A model generated the notes under the pieces. It saw nothing but the letters and a program-made list of their open reading frames with translations. It made no database searches and had not been told where the DNA came from. DNA of 64,000 nt from Vulcanimicrobiota bacterium (GTDB taxonomy: Bacteria; Vulcanimicrobiota; Xenobia; Xenobiales; JADMJV01). Shown here piece by piece: positions 39,284-48,703 of this stretch. Location: positions 3,140,891-3,204,890 of the forward strand of contig JBFWNU010000001.1 in the NCBI GenBank assembly GCA_050250895.1, written 5' to 3'. A program made the translations under genes and the position numbers. Numbering within the stretch: position 1 is the first letter of the stretch; every line of letters starts with the position of its first letter.

Positions 39284-39312
39284 AAAGAAAAAGCCCCGGC
39301 TTTCGCCGGGGC
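39284..39312 (-). terminator. Intrinsic terminator
   Basis: GCCCCGGC-gaaa-GCCGGGGC plus T-run, downstream of the esterase. Confidence 0.8.
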
Positions 39313-39378
39313 GGTCCAACCAATGCTCATCTCACTAAAAAGACTTTACGATGGCGGCGTCACAGCAGCGTTAAATCG

Positions 39379-40293
39379 TCAGGCTGCCGGCTTGAAGATG
39401 TGGCGCAATACCTGCATGGCAAAGCGGTCGGCGATGAACCAGTTGTGGCTGCCGTCGCGCACCTCGAGTTGGAACTGGTTGGGCAGATTGCGCGAGGCCA
39501 GGGCCTCGATCAGAGCTCTGGTTCGCTCATAGTTGGCGTCGTGGGGTTCGGAGCTGGCGGGGCCGCTTTGCAGGTAGTAGCGGGCCCGCTCGAGCTGTTG
39601 ATAGGGAAGGTTGCGGGCTAACCAGACGGGGCTGTGGGGCTTGACCTGAGTCGACACCCGCGGCTTGTCGAAGACCGGGTCGAACATCGGGTGAGAAAGG
39701 ATTCCGTCGCGGCCGCCCAGCGGATCGCGATAGAAGCTACCGTCATAGGCGGCCACCTCGCGGAATAGGCCAGGATGTCGAAAGGCGATGATAAATGCGT
39801 TGAGACCTCCCAGCGAAAAGCCGATGGCGATGCGGCTCGGCTCTTCGAGCTGCAAACCTTCCTCCAGGGTGGGCATGAACTCTTCGATGAAGTGCGTCTC
39901 GTAGCGTCCCAGGCCCATCCCCGGAGCGTCGGGGCCTTTGTGGGCCGCAAACCAGTCGGCCGCCACGGTGTGAAACTTCCGGTCGTCGGACCCGAAGCAA
40001 GGACTGATCAGCACCATCGGAGGCAACTCCTGGGCCGCGATGGCCTGGCCGACCTGTTCGGCGAACGGGGTCTGGCGCGAGGCGTCTTCGGTGGGGTTGA
40101 ACCACTCGGTGTGGTGGCCGCGGAAAAGATATACGACCGGATAGCGGCGGGCCGGCGTGAAGTCCGACGGTAACCACACGCCGCACCAACGTCGCAATCC
40201 GAGCTGAGCCGAGAAGACCGGCACCCTCAGGACCACCTCTCGGGGGGCTGCGAGCAACTCGGAGGGTCGGCATACTGGTCGCGGTGAATCCAT
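39379..40293 (-). CDS. Putative esterase (alpha/beta hydrolase)
   Basis: VWLPS...YPVVYLFRG, GFSLGG, GSHNW. Confidence 0.85.
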   Translation of the reverse strand: MDSPRPVCRPSELLAAPREVVLRVPVFSAQLGLRRWCGVWLPSDFTPARRYPVVYLFRGHHTEWFNPTEDASRQTPFAEQVGQAIAAQELPPMVLISPCFGSDDRKFHTVAADWFAAHKGPDAPGMGLGRYETHFIEEFMPTLEEGLQLEEPSRIAIGFSLGGLNAFIIAFRHPGLFREVAAYDGSFYRDPLGGRDGILSHPMFDPVFDKPRVSTQVKPHSPVWLARNLPYQQLERARYYLQSGPASSEPHDANYERTRALIEALASRNLPNQFQLEVRDGSHNWFIADRFAMQVLRHIFKPAA

Positions 40294-40405
40294 AGGTTGG
40301 GACGGGTTTTATAGACCGCTCAAAAAACCTCCGCCGGAAGGGCTAGACAAACGCCGCAGGGAACAGCGAACACCGAGGTTATTTCGACTTGGAGCCACAG
40401 GGTCC

Positions 40406-40464
40406 AAAAAAAACACGGCACCTCGTGAGAGGTACCGGTGACAAGAGGTTAGAGACGGACACCT
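40406..40464 (-). ncRNA. Candidate small RNA or attenuated leader (about 60 nt)
   Basis: Bounded by TTTACA-17-TATAAT (40499-40471) and a hairpin plus T8 terminator (40440-40406). Confidence 0.55.
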
Positions 40465-40517
40465 GTTCGCATTATAGTCCTGTACGCGTCCTTTGTAAAG
40501 AATTTATTTCAATTTTC

Positions 40518-40856
40518 TTGGTGCTGCTGGCCGTGCTTTTGGCCGGTTGCGAGCGTACCAGCCCGCTGGTAGGCGTCTGGAAGGGGACCGACCGTGAGGG
40601 TAAGGAGGTGACCATCGAGTTTCGTCCCGACGGCACCTTTCAGGCCGAGACCGGTGGCGATACCGTGCAGGGCAACTTTCAAGCCGATTTCTCGCTCACT
40701 CCGGTCGAGTTGGACCTGCGGGTCAAGGATACCAAGCCGCTGTTGACCATCGTCAAGCTCGAGGGCGACAAGCTGACCATCCAGCGCACTGGCCCGGGTT
40801 TGTCGCGGCCGACCGGCTTCTCGGCCGACTCTACCGTCTATTCCCGTCAAGAGTAA
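40518..40856 (+). CDS. Small lipoprotein (lipocalin-like beta protein)
   Basis: Lipobox LAGC, LVGVWKG...FRPDGTF. Start probably TTG 40518 or GTG 40521. Confidence 0.7.
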   Translation: MVLLAVLLAGCERTSPLVGVWKGTDREGKEVTIEFRPDGTFQAETGGDTVQGNFQADFSLTPVELDLRVKDTKPLLTIVKLEGDKLTIQRTGPGLSRPTGFSADSTVYSRQE

Positions 40857-40870
40857 GGCTTTCACCCCCC

Positions 40871-40896
40871 AAAAAAAAACCGGCCTGTTGGCCGGT
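40871..40896 (-). terminator. Intrinsic terminator
   Basis: ACCGGCC-aaca-GGCCGGT plus T-run on the minus strand. Confidence 0.8.
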
Positions 40897-41029
40897 AGCG
40901 TGTGAAGGACTCTGCTTTTGTGTTGTGTGTGGATGTATATATGTATCTTGTATCCCGAATATAGGATGACCGGCTGAAAAAACACTTAAAGTCGTGAACC
41001 GGGATGTTTCCGGTTGGATCGATACCAGG

Positions 41030-42124
41030 CTAGATCTGCTCGTCGAGTTTGGCGTCGGTCAGATCAGTGCGGTCGAAGGTGGCCCGGTGCAGGTCGGCTG
41101 AGCGCAGATCGGCCTGCTGAAAGTTGGCTCGGTCGAGCACCGCATTGGACAGGTCGGCCTGGAACAGGTTGGCCCCCACCAGGCTGGCAGCGCGCAGATC
41201 GGCGCCGGCCAGGTCGGCGCGTTCGAGGTTGGCGCCGTCGAGCACGGCTCGATCCAGGCGAGCCCCGCTGGCGTCACAGCCACTGAGATCGGCTTCTTTG
41301 GCCTGAATGCGGCGCAAATCGGCTCCGGAAAGGTCGGTGCCGGCCAGGCAGGCTCCTTCGAGACTAGCCTTTTCGAGCTTGGTCTTGAACAACAGACCGC
41401 CCCGAAAGTCGGCCTGGTCGAGGTTGGCTTCCGACAGGCGGGCTTCGGCCAGGCTGCAGCCCACCAGGCGAGCCTTCTGAAAGCTGGCCCTCTTGAGATT
41501 GGCCTTCGAGAGGTTAGCGCCTGAGAGGTCGGCCTGGCCAAAGTCGGTTTCGCGAGCTTTCGAGCCACTCAAGTCAGCCCCAGCCAGGACCGCTTGTTGC
41601 AGGTCGGCCCCGTCGAGATTGGCCCGCGAGGCCACCGCTCCGCGCAGGTCCGCCTTTTTGAGATTGGCTTTGGTCAGAGTGGCGCCGGTGAGGTCGGCCC
41701 CGGTCAACACGGCTCCTTGCAGGTTGGCTCCCTCGAGTTCGGCGCGCGAGAGGTCGGCCCCCGATAGGTCGGCCCCGGAGAGATTCACGCCGTTCATCTG
41801 AGCCCCGGAGAGGTCGGCACCCACCAGGCTGGCCCTGGCCAGGTCGGCCCCGTCCAGTTCGGCGTCGCTGGCCAAAAGGCCCGATAGTTCGGCCCCGGCC
41901 AGACCGGTCCTGGAAAGTTTGGCCCCGGTCAGGTCTGCCCCTGACAGATCGGCTCCTCCGAGTTTGGCGCCGGCCAACTCGGCCCCCGCCATGGGCTCGC
42001 CCGAGAGGGCGGCTTGAGCGAGCGACACCCCCTCGGCTACGGCCGTCTCGACCGCCTCCTGAAAAGTGTCCGATTCGCTGGTATAGAGGTCTTTTCCGTT
42101 CTTTTTGCGGATAACGAGCGCCAT
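41030..42124 (-). CDS. Pentapeptide repeat protein
   Basis: Continuous A(D/N)Lxx repeats. Confidence 0.95.
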   Translation of the reverse strand: MALVIRKKNGKDLYTSESDTFQEAVETAVAEGVSLAQAALSGEPMAGAELAGAKLGGADLSGADLTGAKLSRTGLAGAELSGLLASDAELDGADLARASLVGADLSGAQMNGVNLSGADLSGADLSRAELEGANLQGAVLTGADLTGATLTKANLKKADLRGAVASRANLDGADLQQAVLAGADLSGSKARETDFGQADLSGANLSKANLKRASFQKARLVGCSLAEARLSEANLDQADFRGGLLFKTKLEKASLEGACLAGTDLSGADLRRIQAKEADLSGCDASGARLDRAVLDGANLERADLAGADLRAASLVGANLFQADLSNAVLDRANFQQADLRSADLHRATFDRTDLTDAKLDEQI

Positions 42125-42166
42125 ATAACAGCCTTTCTACCTTCGCGGGGGCCCAGCCTTCCGCGG

Positions 42167-43762
42167 CTACAAAGAGGACTGGAAGTCGCGCTTTAATCGG
42201 GACAACACTTCTTGGCCTGCTCGCACTCCGTGGTACTGAGCCTCTTCGAAAATGGAAATTCCGGACAGGTCCGAGTGCGCAAACGAGACATTCTCGACCG
42301 GCTCGGCGGCTCGCCGTCGCGGCTCACCCCAGAGGAAACCTGGGGTGGGCCGCACCATGGCGTGGCCCAGCAGACACACATCGAGCCTGCGCACCATGCT
42401 TTCGATGCCCGGATAAACGGTATCGAATTCGGCCAGCACGAGGTCGCGCCAGTAGGCCCAATCGGTCCTTAGCAGCTCTTTGCGCATGGCGGCCGGTTCG
42501 CCCTCGAGCATGGGACGATACCAGGTGAACACGGTCGGGCGCCGCCGGGTGGTGGCCAGGCTCTGATGGGTCGCTACCACGTATCCCAGCGACGGGCTCT
42601 CGTAAAAGACATTGTCCCAGGCCAGTTCAGCCCCCGAGTAGGTCAGTTCTTCGGGATAACGCTCCAGCACCAGGTTGGCCGTGACCCAGGCCGAATAGGA
42701 AAAGGCCGGTTGCGGCTGGCCCATCGTCTTTTCGCGCGTGAAGCTCGGCAAAGCGTAGACGATCTGGTCGGCCTCGACCCGCACGAGTTCTGAAGTGCCA
42801 AGATCGAGATAGTCGAAGCCCTGGCCGGGGCGTACCGCCACCACCAGGGAGCGCGGTCGCAAGCGTTCTCCCACCACCCCCAGCAAGTGGCGCGCCAGAT
42901 GACCGTTGCCCTCGGGCCAGACCAGCAACTCTTCGCCCTCAGAAAAGCCTCCGCCGTCGCGACTGCAATGGTAGTGCAGTCCCGCCCAGGCCGAAGTTTG
43001 CTCGAGCAGGGTGCCGTAGTCGTCTCGGCAGCCGTACTCCAGCAGCCACCGCAGACGGGGTGAGGTCCAGCCGTGACGATCGGCGAACGAGGCAAAACTC
43101 TCCTGATCGAGGGCCCGCAACTCGGGGGTGTCGGCAGAGTAGGCCAGGGGCAGCGCGAAAGCCTTGCGACCCTGGGGATCGCGCCACTCTTGCCAGGCTT
43201 GAACCACGGCTTGAAACGACTCGAGCTGCTGGAAGTCTTCGTCGCTGGCCCCGATCGAAGGAAAGAGGCCCTCTTGCCAGCGGCCATAGAGGAAAATGCG
43301 TTCCTGGGGAGAGTGGCAAAGATGACGGGTGTCGTAGCGCGGTGACCCATCCGGCTCCTGGCCGAGATAGATACCCATCTCCTCGAGCAACTCTCGCACG
43401 GCTCTCGATTCGACCGTGGGAATCGGCAGATAGTGGGCGGCCAGCGGGGCTGCCGATTCGGGATAGTCAAACCAGCGCGAGTTGCCGCCCCCGCGCTCTT
43501 CCAGGTCGAAGACCTCGAAATCGGAATAGCCGCTCCGTTCGAGTTTCCAGGCCGCCGACAGGCCGGCGATTCCGGCCCCCAGGATGGCCGTGCCCAGTTT
43601 GCGGCTGCGGCTGGGCTGGCTGGGGAATTTGCCATCGCGCAGGCGGTGGCCGCTGCTAGAGTCTGGGCCGCGCGAGGCTCCCGCGAGGGGACGCGACGAG
43701 GCTTTGCAGCCCCCCAGACCCAGCATCAACAGGCTACCCTTTAAGAATTCGCGTCGCTTCAA
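42167..43762 (-). CDS. Tat-signal FAD-dependent amine oxidase-like oxidoreductase
   Basis: KRREFLK twin-Arg, GAGIAG, AHYLP, CRDDYG, GHAMVRP, AHSDLSG.SIFEEA. Confidence 0.88.
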   Translation of the reverse strand: MKRREFLKGSLLMLGLGGCKASSRPLAGASRGPDSSSGHRLRDGKFPSQPSRSRKLGTAILGAGIAGLSAAWKLERSGYSDFEVFDLEERGGGNSRWFDYPESAAPLAAHYLPIPTVESRAVRELLEEMGIYLGQEPDGSPRYDTRHLCHSPQERIFLYGRWQEGLFPSIGASDEDFQQLESFQAVVQAWQEWRDPQGRKAFALPLAYSADTPELRALDQESFASFADRHGWTSPRLRWLLEYGCRDDYGTLLEQTSAWAGLHYHCSRDGGGFSEGEELLVWPEGNGHLARHLLGVVGERLRPRSLVVAVRPGQGFDYLDLGTSELVRVEADQIVYALPSFTREKTMGQPQPAFSYSAWVTANLVLERYPEELTYSGAELAWDNVFYESPSLGYVVATHQSLATTRRRPTVFTWYRPMLEGEPAAMRKELLRTDWAYWRDLVLAEFDTVYPGIESMVRRLDVCLLGHAMVRPTPGFLWGEPRRRAAEPVENVSFAHSDLSGISIFEEAQYHGVRAGQEVLSRLKRDFQSSL

Positions 43763-45249
43763 TTGTTCAGGGCCGACCAGTCCTGCTGGTAGTAGCGCAC
43801 CAGGGACTGGTCAAAAAGCCGGTTGACATCGGCGGGGACGCGAGCCATATCCTGGGGAAAGATGAACATGCTCTCGGCCACGGCCGGGTTGAGGAACTGC
43901 AGCCCAGGAGGCAGGTCGAGGTGGCTCGGCAGCGGGGTCTTCGAGATCAGGGCGAAGCCCCATTCGCCGAACGAGGGCACGAAGGCGTGGTAGGGACGCA
44001 CCACAAAGCCGGCGCTCTCGATGGTGCTGATGATACACCAGAACGAGCGGCGGGCGTACATCGGCGAGGTGCACTGGACGGCCGCTACGCCGTCTTCGGT
44101 CAGGTGCGATTTGAGGGCTCGATAGAAGAGGTCGGTGTAGAGCTTGCCCACCGAGTAGTTGCCCGGGTCGGGAAAGTCCACCAACGCCACGTTGAACTTG
44201 CGATCGCTTTGCTCAAGCCAGATGAAGGCATCCTGATAGATGACCTCGACCCTGGACGAGTTAAGCGCGCCGTGATTGAGGGCGGCCAGTTCAGGGTTGT
44301 TCTTGAACAGTTCGATCATGGTGGGATCGAGTTCGACCAGGGTGATGGTCTTGACCCGATCGTCCTTGAGTAGCTCGCGCACCGCCAAACCGTCGCCACC
44401 GCCCAGCACCAGGACGTGCTCAGGATTGGGGCTCGAGGTGAGGGCGGGATAGACCAGCGCTTCGTGATAGCGATATTCGTCGGCCGAGGCAAATTGTAGG
44501 TTGCCGTTGAGGTAGAGGCGGGTCTCGCGCCTGCCCCGGGTAACGGCGATGCGCTGATAAGGAGTGTTGCGGGTCAAGATCACCTCATCAGGATAGAGGG
44601 CCTCTTCGGCCAGGCTGGTGAGTTGGGTCGAATACAGCGCGCCCGCCAGCAGAAAGACCAGAATCGCGCTTCCCTGCACCAGCACGCCGCTGAAGCCGGG
44701 CTTGCCCAGCTTGTGATAGAAAACCAAAGCTACCATCACATTGACCATGCCGAAGACGAAGGCCGTGCGCATCAAGCCCAGTTGAGGCACCAGAAAGAGA
44801 GGAAAGAGGATCGAGGCGACCAGGGCGCCGACATAATCCAGCGCCAACACCTGCGAGACCAGATCCTTGAAATCGAGGTGATCCTTTAGCAAGCGCAGCA
44901 GCAGAGGGATCTCGACCCCCACCAACGTACCGATGGCGAAGACCAGCAAATAGAGCACCAGACGAAAGCCGCTGCCGTAGCCGAAGGTGAGATAGAGGAT
45001 GGCAGTCGAGCACCCTCCCAGCAGACCCACCAGCAATTGCAGCTGGACAAAGGGCATCATCAGGCCTCGCGTCACGTACTTGGAGAGATAGCTGCCGACC
45101 CCCATGGCGAACAGGTAAGTGCCAATCACGGTCGAGAACTGCAACACCGAGTCGCCCAGCAAATAGCTGGCCAGGGCTCCGGCGATCAACTCGTAGACCA
45201 GGCCGCAGGTGGCGACCAGGAAGACCGATGCCAGAATCAGGAGGGGCAC
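43759..45249 (-). CDS. Membrane-bound polyamine aminopropyltransferase (SpeE-like)
   Basis: About 7 TM N-terminus, DEYRYHEALV, LGGGDG, VELD, DFPDP. Confidence 0.93.
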   Translation of the reverse strand: MPLLILASVFLVATCGLVYELIAGALASYLLGDSVLQFSTVIGTYLFAMGVGSYLSKYVTRGLMMPFVQLQLLVGLLGGCSTAILYLTFGYGSGFRLVLYLLVFAIGTLVGVEIPLLLRLLKDHLDFKDLVSQVLALDYVGALVASILFPLFLVPQLGLMRTAFVFGMVNVMVALVFYHKLGKPGFSGVLVQGSAILVFLLAGALYSTQLTSLAEEALYPDEVILTRNTPYQRIAVTRGRRETRLYLNGNLQFASADEYRYHEALVYPALTSSPNPEHVLVLGGGDGLAVRELLKDDRVKTITLVELDPTMIELFKNNPELAALNHGALNSSRVEVIYQDAFIWLEQSDRKFNVALVDFPDPGNYSVGKLYTDLFYRALKSHLTEDGVAAVQCTSPMYARRSFWCIISTIESAGFVVRPYHAFVPSFGEWGFALISKTPLPSHLDLPPGLQFLNPAVAESMFIFPQDMARVPADVNRLFDQSLVRYYQQDWSALNN

Positions 45250-45252
45250 GTT

Positions 45253-45447
45253 CTACTTGTGGTTGTAGTAGACCGTGTTGTAATGCGTGGTGCCGCCCGG
45301 GTTGCTGCGCACAGTACTCGGGTTGTAGTAGGCCCGCGACGGGATTCGCGCCGAGGTGTCATAGTCGCCGGTGTTGACGCCGCGGAACTGGAAAAAGCAG
45401 AAAAGACCGAAGATCGTGAGCGCGAAGACTGTGTACAGGTTTTTCAT
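45253..45447 (-). CDS. Small membrane-anchored operon protein
   Basis: N-terminal hydrophobic helix, PSTVRSNPG motif, tight operon spacing. Confidence 0.7.
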   Translation of the reverse strand: MKNLYTVFALTIFGLFCFFQFRGVNTGDYDTSARIPSRAYYNPSTVRSNPGGTTHYNTVYYNHK

Positions 45448-45459
45448 CGATGCATTTCC

Positions 45460-47418
45460 TTAGGCGTGGTCTGACTGAGACCAGCGTCGGGTCTCGAAGC
45501 TATTGTAGCGGGCGGTGGTGATGAGCGGGCTCCAGATGAGCAAGAAAATCAAGGTGAGCACCCAGCCCCACTGCGGAACTCCGCGCGTCACCTTGAGGGT
45601 GTAGCTGAATTGTCGGGTGGGCTTGGCGCCGGCGGCGGGAGGCTTGTTCTCGTCTTTCTTGCCGCCAGCACCGGCCGTCTGAATATCCCAGTTGAGCACG
45701 TAGGTCCCGGGCGGAATCGAGCTGAGCAAGATGCGGCCCTGCCGGTCGCCGCGGCTATAGTAATAGCTCAGATTCTTGCCGAAGACGTAGCGTTTCTTGG
45801 TCTTTTGGTTGACCAGCGACATGTTGAAGTAGGCCCAACGGTTGCTGAGATTATTGGCCGCAATGTCGATGGCCAGATTCGAGGTCGGTCCTTTGACTTC
45901 GAAGGGCTCGCTTACCTTGCTCGGCTCTTGCTCGTAGGACATGTGGTCAAACGACTTGTTGTAGAGCGGCTTCTGATTCATCGAGGTGAACCACTGGAAG
46001 CCGGTGATCAAGAACGCCAGCACCACCAGAAGCTTGAACAGCCGCCACACCGCCACTCGCTTGTCGGTCAACGGATTGGGTTGGTTGGGGGCCACCCCGG
46101 AGGTGCGCGGGGGACGTCCTTCGAGGCCGAAGCCTTCCCAGACATCCTGCCCGGTGACGTAGACCCCGTGAGACCAGTCGATGCCGTTCTCGCTCACCTC
46201 CATGGACAGGATGTCAGGAGGGGCGATGTAGTCGTGATTGACGGTCGGGTCGCCCAGGGCCACGCGCCAGTAGAATTCGCCCGCTACGTAGTCGACTCGC
46301 CCCTGCGAGGACTGGAAATGACGGAAAGGCCGGCCGTCCCACTGGATGTCGGATTGGGTTGGAAAGCTGACCGGAGCATTGCCTTGCTCAGGCAGTTTCT
46401 TGAGGGCGTCCATCAGCGTGAAGTGCCCGTCGGATTCGGTCAGCCAGCGATACCCCTTGTAGCGGTTGTGGAGCAGGTACTCCGACCAGGGATAGGCGAC
46501 GCCTTCATAGGTGACGCTGCGCCGCATGAAGCCGATGCACTCCCATTCGGCCTCTTCGAGCATGGCCTTAGAGCCCAGCGGGATCGAAGGCGGGACCTTG
46601 TGAGCCCGTTGCTGCTCGGCCTTCCACAGAATGGCCATATTGGGGTCGCGGGCGTCGATGGCGGCATCGCAGTATTCGCAAACGATCACCTGGCTGCGCG
46701 GACCGCCCTTGATTTCGAGCGGGGCGCCGCAGGAGGTGCAGTTGAACTTCTTGACCGCTCCGAAGTGCAGGGTCGGCCCGGCCATGTCGTCGGCCTCGGT
46801 CGACGCCTCGCGCAGGCCGCGGAACTCGAGTTGCTCGAAGGGCACGTACTCGCCCATGAAGAGGATGGGGCTTTCCTCGGAGTAGTCGATGGTGGCGGCC
46901 TTGCCGCTGCAGCTGCGTAAGTCGGCTGAAGGCAGCGCATACTCGCCCGGCATGATGAAAGGCAGCTCGCCCTCGTAAGAGACCACCTTCGAGGTCATCA
47001 GATTGGTGACGGCATAGGCCTCGCCCTCGAGCCGCAAGACCTGGCCCAAGGCCAGTTGACTATAGGCGGGCAGGCCGTCCGCCTTCTGATCGAACGAGAG
47101 GAAATATTCGCCGGCGGCCTCTCCGAGCCAGCCGACCTTGCGGTCCTGGTAGTGCAGGCACCACTCGTTCCAAAAGCCTGCCTCATGGCGGATCTGGATG
47201 CGGCCCACGAGCTCGAACTGGACGCCGTTGTATCGTCCCTGCGTTCCCAGTTGGAGCGGCGTACCGTCGGGCTGGAGTTCGGCCACCTTGCCGATCATCT
47301 CGACGTTGACATCCTGGCGAACCAGCAGTGCGTTGCACGCTCCGCAAGTTGCGTAAACTGAGAGTTCAGACTTGAAGCGGACGGCAGAACCGCATGATGG
47401 ACAGTTGCACTGTATCAC
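45460..47418 (-). CDS. DUF4178 domain protein (two Zn-ribbon plus DUF4178 modules)
   Basis: CPSCG..CGAC and CTSCG..CEYC, WNEW/WSEY, GELPF/GEFYW, FETRRWSQSD end. Confidence 0.88.
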   Translation of the reverse strand: MIQCNCPSCGSAVRFKSELSVYATCGACNALLVRQDVNVEMIGKVAELQPDGTPLQLGTQGRYNGVQFELVGRIQIRHEAGFWNEWCLHYQDRKVGWLGEAAGEYFLSFDQKADGLPAYSQLALGQVLRLEGEAYAVTNLMTSKVVSYEGELPFIMPGEYALPSADLRSCSGKAATIDYSEESPILFMGEYVPFEQLEFRGLREASTEADDMAGPTLHFGAVKKFNCTSCGAPLEIKGGPRSQVIVCEYCDAAIDARDPNMAILWKAEQQRAHKVPPSIPLGSKAMLEEAEWECIGFMRRSVTYEGVAYPWSEYLLHNRYKGYRWLTESDGHFTLMDALKKLPEQGNAPVSFPTQSDIQWDGRPFRHFQSSQGRVDYVAGEFYWRVALGDPTVNHDYIAPPDILSMEVSENGIDWSHGVYVTGQDVWEGFGLEGRPPRTSGVAPNQPNPLTDKRVAVWRLFKLLVVLAFLITGFQWFTSMNQKPLYNKSFDHMSYEQEPSKVSEPFEVKGPTSNLAIDIAANNLSNRWAYFNMSLVNQKTKKRYVFGKNLSYYYSRGDRQGRILLSSIPPGTYVLNWDIQTAGAGGKKDENKPPAAGAKPTRQFSYTLKVTRGVPQWGWVLTLIFLLIWSPLITTARYNSFETRRWSQSDHA

Positions 47419-48509
47419 GCAGACGGTTTGGCGGTAAGTGTCGCCGATTCCTCTCCAAATTTCAGTTCGGGGTTCTTTCGCCGCTTCCAGATGAAGCCGT
47501 CGAGCACGTAGTGTGTTAGTTGCGGAACGGCCAACAAGGGGACCAGCCAGCGATCGACGCCAGGCAAATGCCAGGGTGCTCCGAAGAGCCAGTCGTGATC
47601 AGGCCAGACGGCCCGATTCCAGAACATCTCCTCGCAGAAGGCCAGGGCCCAGACGGTCAAAAGAAAAGGGACGATGCCTTGAATCAGGGGACCGCGTTCG
47701 CCCTTTTGGCGCGCCTCATGGCTGCGGCGGCGCGTGTGCCAGTAGACCAGGGCCATGTAGGGAATGCCGTGGATGAGCACGTTCGTGACGGTGAACGCAT
47801 AGTCCGAGTTGAACGTGATGATGCCGACATACCAGCACACTGCGGTGGTGACCATGACGATATCCCGACCCGGATTGGGCGTCCCCTTCTTCCAGGAGGC
47901 CGCCGAACGGGCTATGTAGGCCAGCATGATCAGCCAGTAGAGGGGGGTGGCCAACTGAGCCACCGCCTGGGGCAGGCTGGTGAAGTCGTCGTTTAGGAAC
48001 CACCAGAACTTGCGGGGCATATTGGCATGCCACCAGATCAGAGGATAGAGGGTGGTGGCGTAGATGGCCACCGTGTCCACCCAGCGCGTCCAGTCGTTGG
48101 GTTCGTTCAATCGCCGCCGGTAGAGGGCCACCCATCCATATTGCTGGCGCACGAAGTGCCAGACGGCCAGATAGGCCAGCACGCGCCAGAAGACTTCTGA
48201 GCCGAGTCGATAAAGCCCCAGGCCGATGGCGAACCCCGCCAGGGGCGTCAAGAGATAAAGGCCCGGGCGGCGGCGCACCTCGGCCGGGTCGAAATAGACT
48301 TTGAACCCGGTCGAGTAGACGTGAGCCACATCGACTAGCAAGACCGCATAGACCCAGGTCCATTCGGGCGTGTCGCGATCGAGAAGCCCCAGTTCGTAAC
48401 CCACTGCCAGGGCCAACAAAGCCAAACCGGCACTGCCCAAAAAGACGCCCAGGTCCACCGCTGGTGAGAAAAGCCACCAGCCACGCGGGGTTTTGCTTTC
48501 GCCGGCCAT
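47415..48509 (-). CDS. His-motif integral membrane protein
   Basis: DVAHVYST, WHFVRQQYGW, HGIPY, THYVLDGFIWK. Overlaps the DUF4178 start. Confidence 0.8.
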   Translation of the reverse strand: MAGESKTPRGWWLFSPAVDLGVFLGSAGLALLALAVGYELGLLDRDTPEWTWVYAVLLVDVAHVYSTGFKVYFDPAEVRRRPGLYLLTPLAGFAIGLGLYRLGSEVFWRVLAYLAVWHFVRQQYGWVALYRRRLNEPNDWTRWVDTVAIYATTLYPLIWWHANMPRKFWWFLNDDFTSLPQAVAQLATPLYWLIMLAYIARSAASWKKGTPNPGRDIVMVTTAVCWYVGIITFNSDYAFTVTNVLIHGIPYMALVYWHTRRRSHEARQKGERGPLIQGIVPFLLTVWALAFCEEMFWNRAVWPDHDWLFGAPWHLPGVDRWLVPLLAVPQLTHYVLDGFIWKRRKNPELKFGEESATLTAKPSA

Positions 48510-48703
48510 GACCTTCGGCTTCTCTAGCGAAGAGGTGGACCCTTTTCGATTCTCGTGGGTTACCAATCGGTAACATCTTGTCCGTTGTCTCGAACGGGGG
48601 AATGGCTTTACGATGGGATTCGAGGGAAACCATCCAGAACGCGATTTCAGAGAAATTTCAACACTTTTCCGTAGGATGGTGACTCTAGAAGGAGTCTGCT
48701 CAT

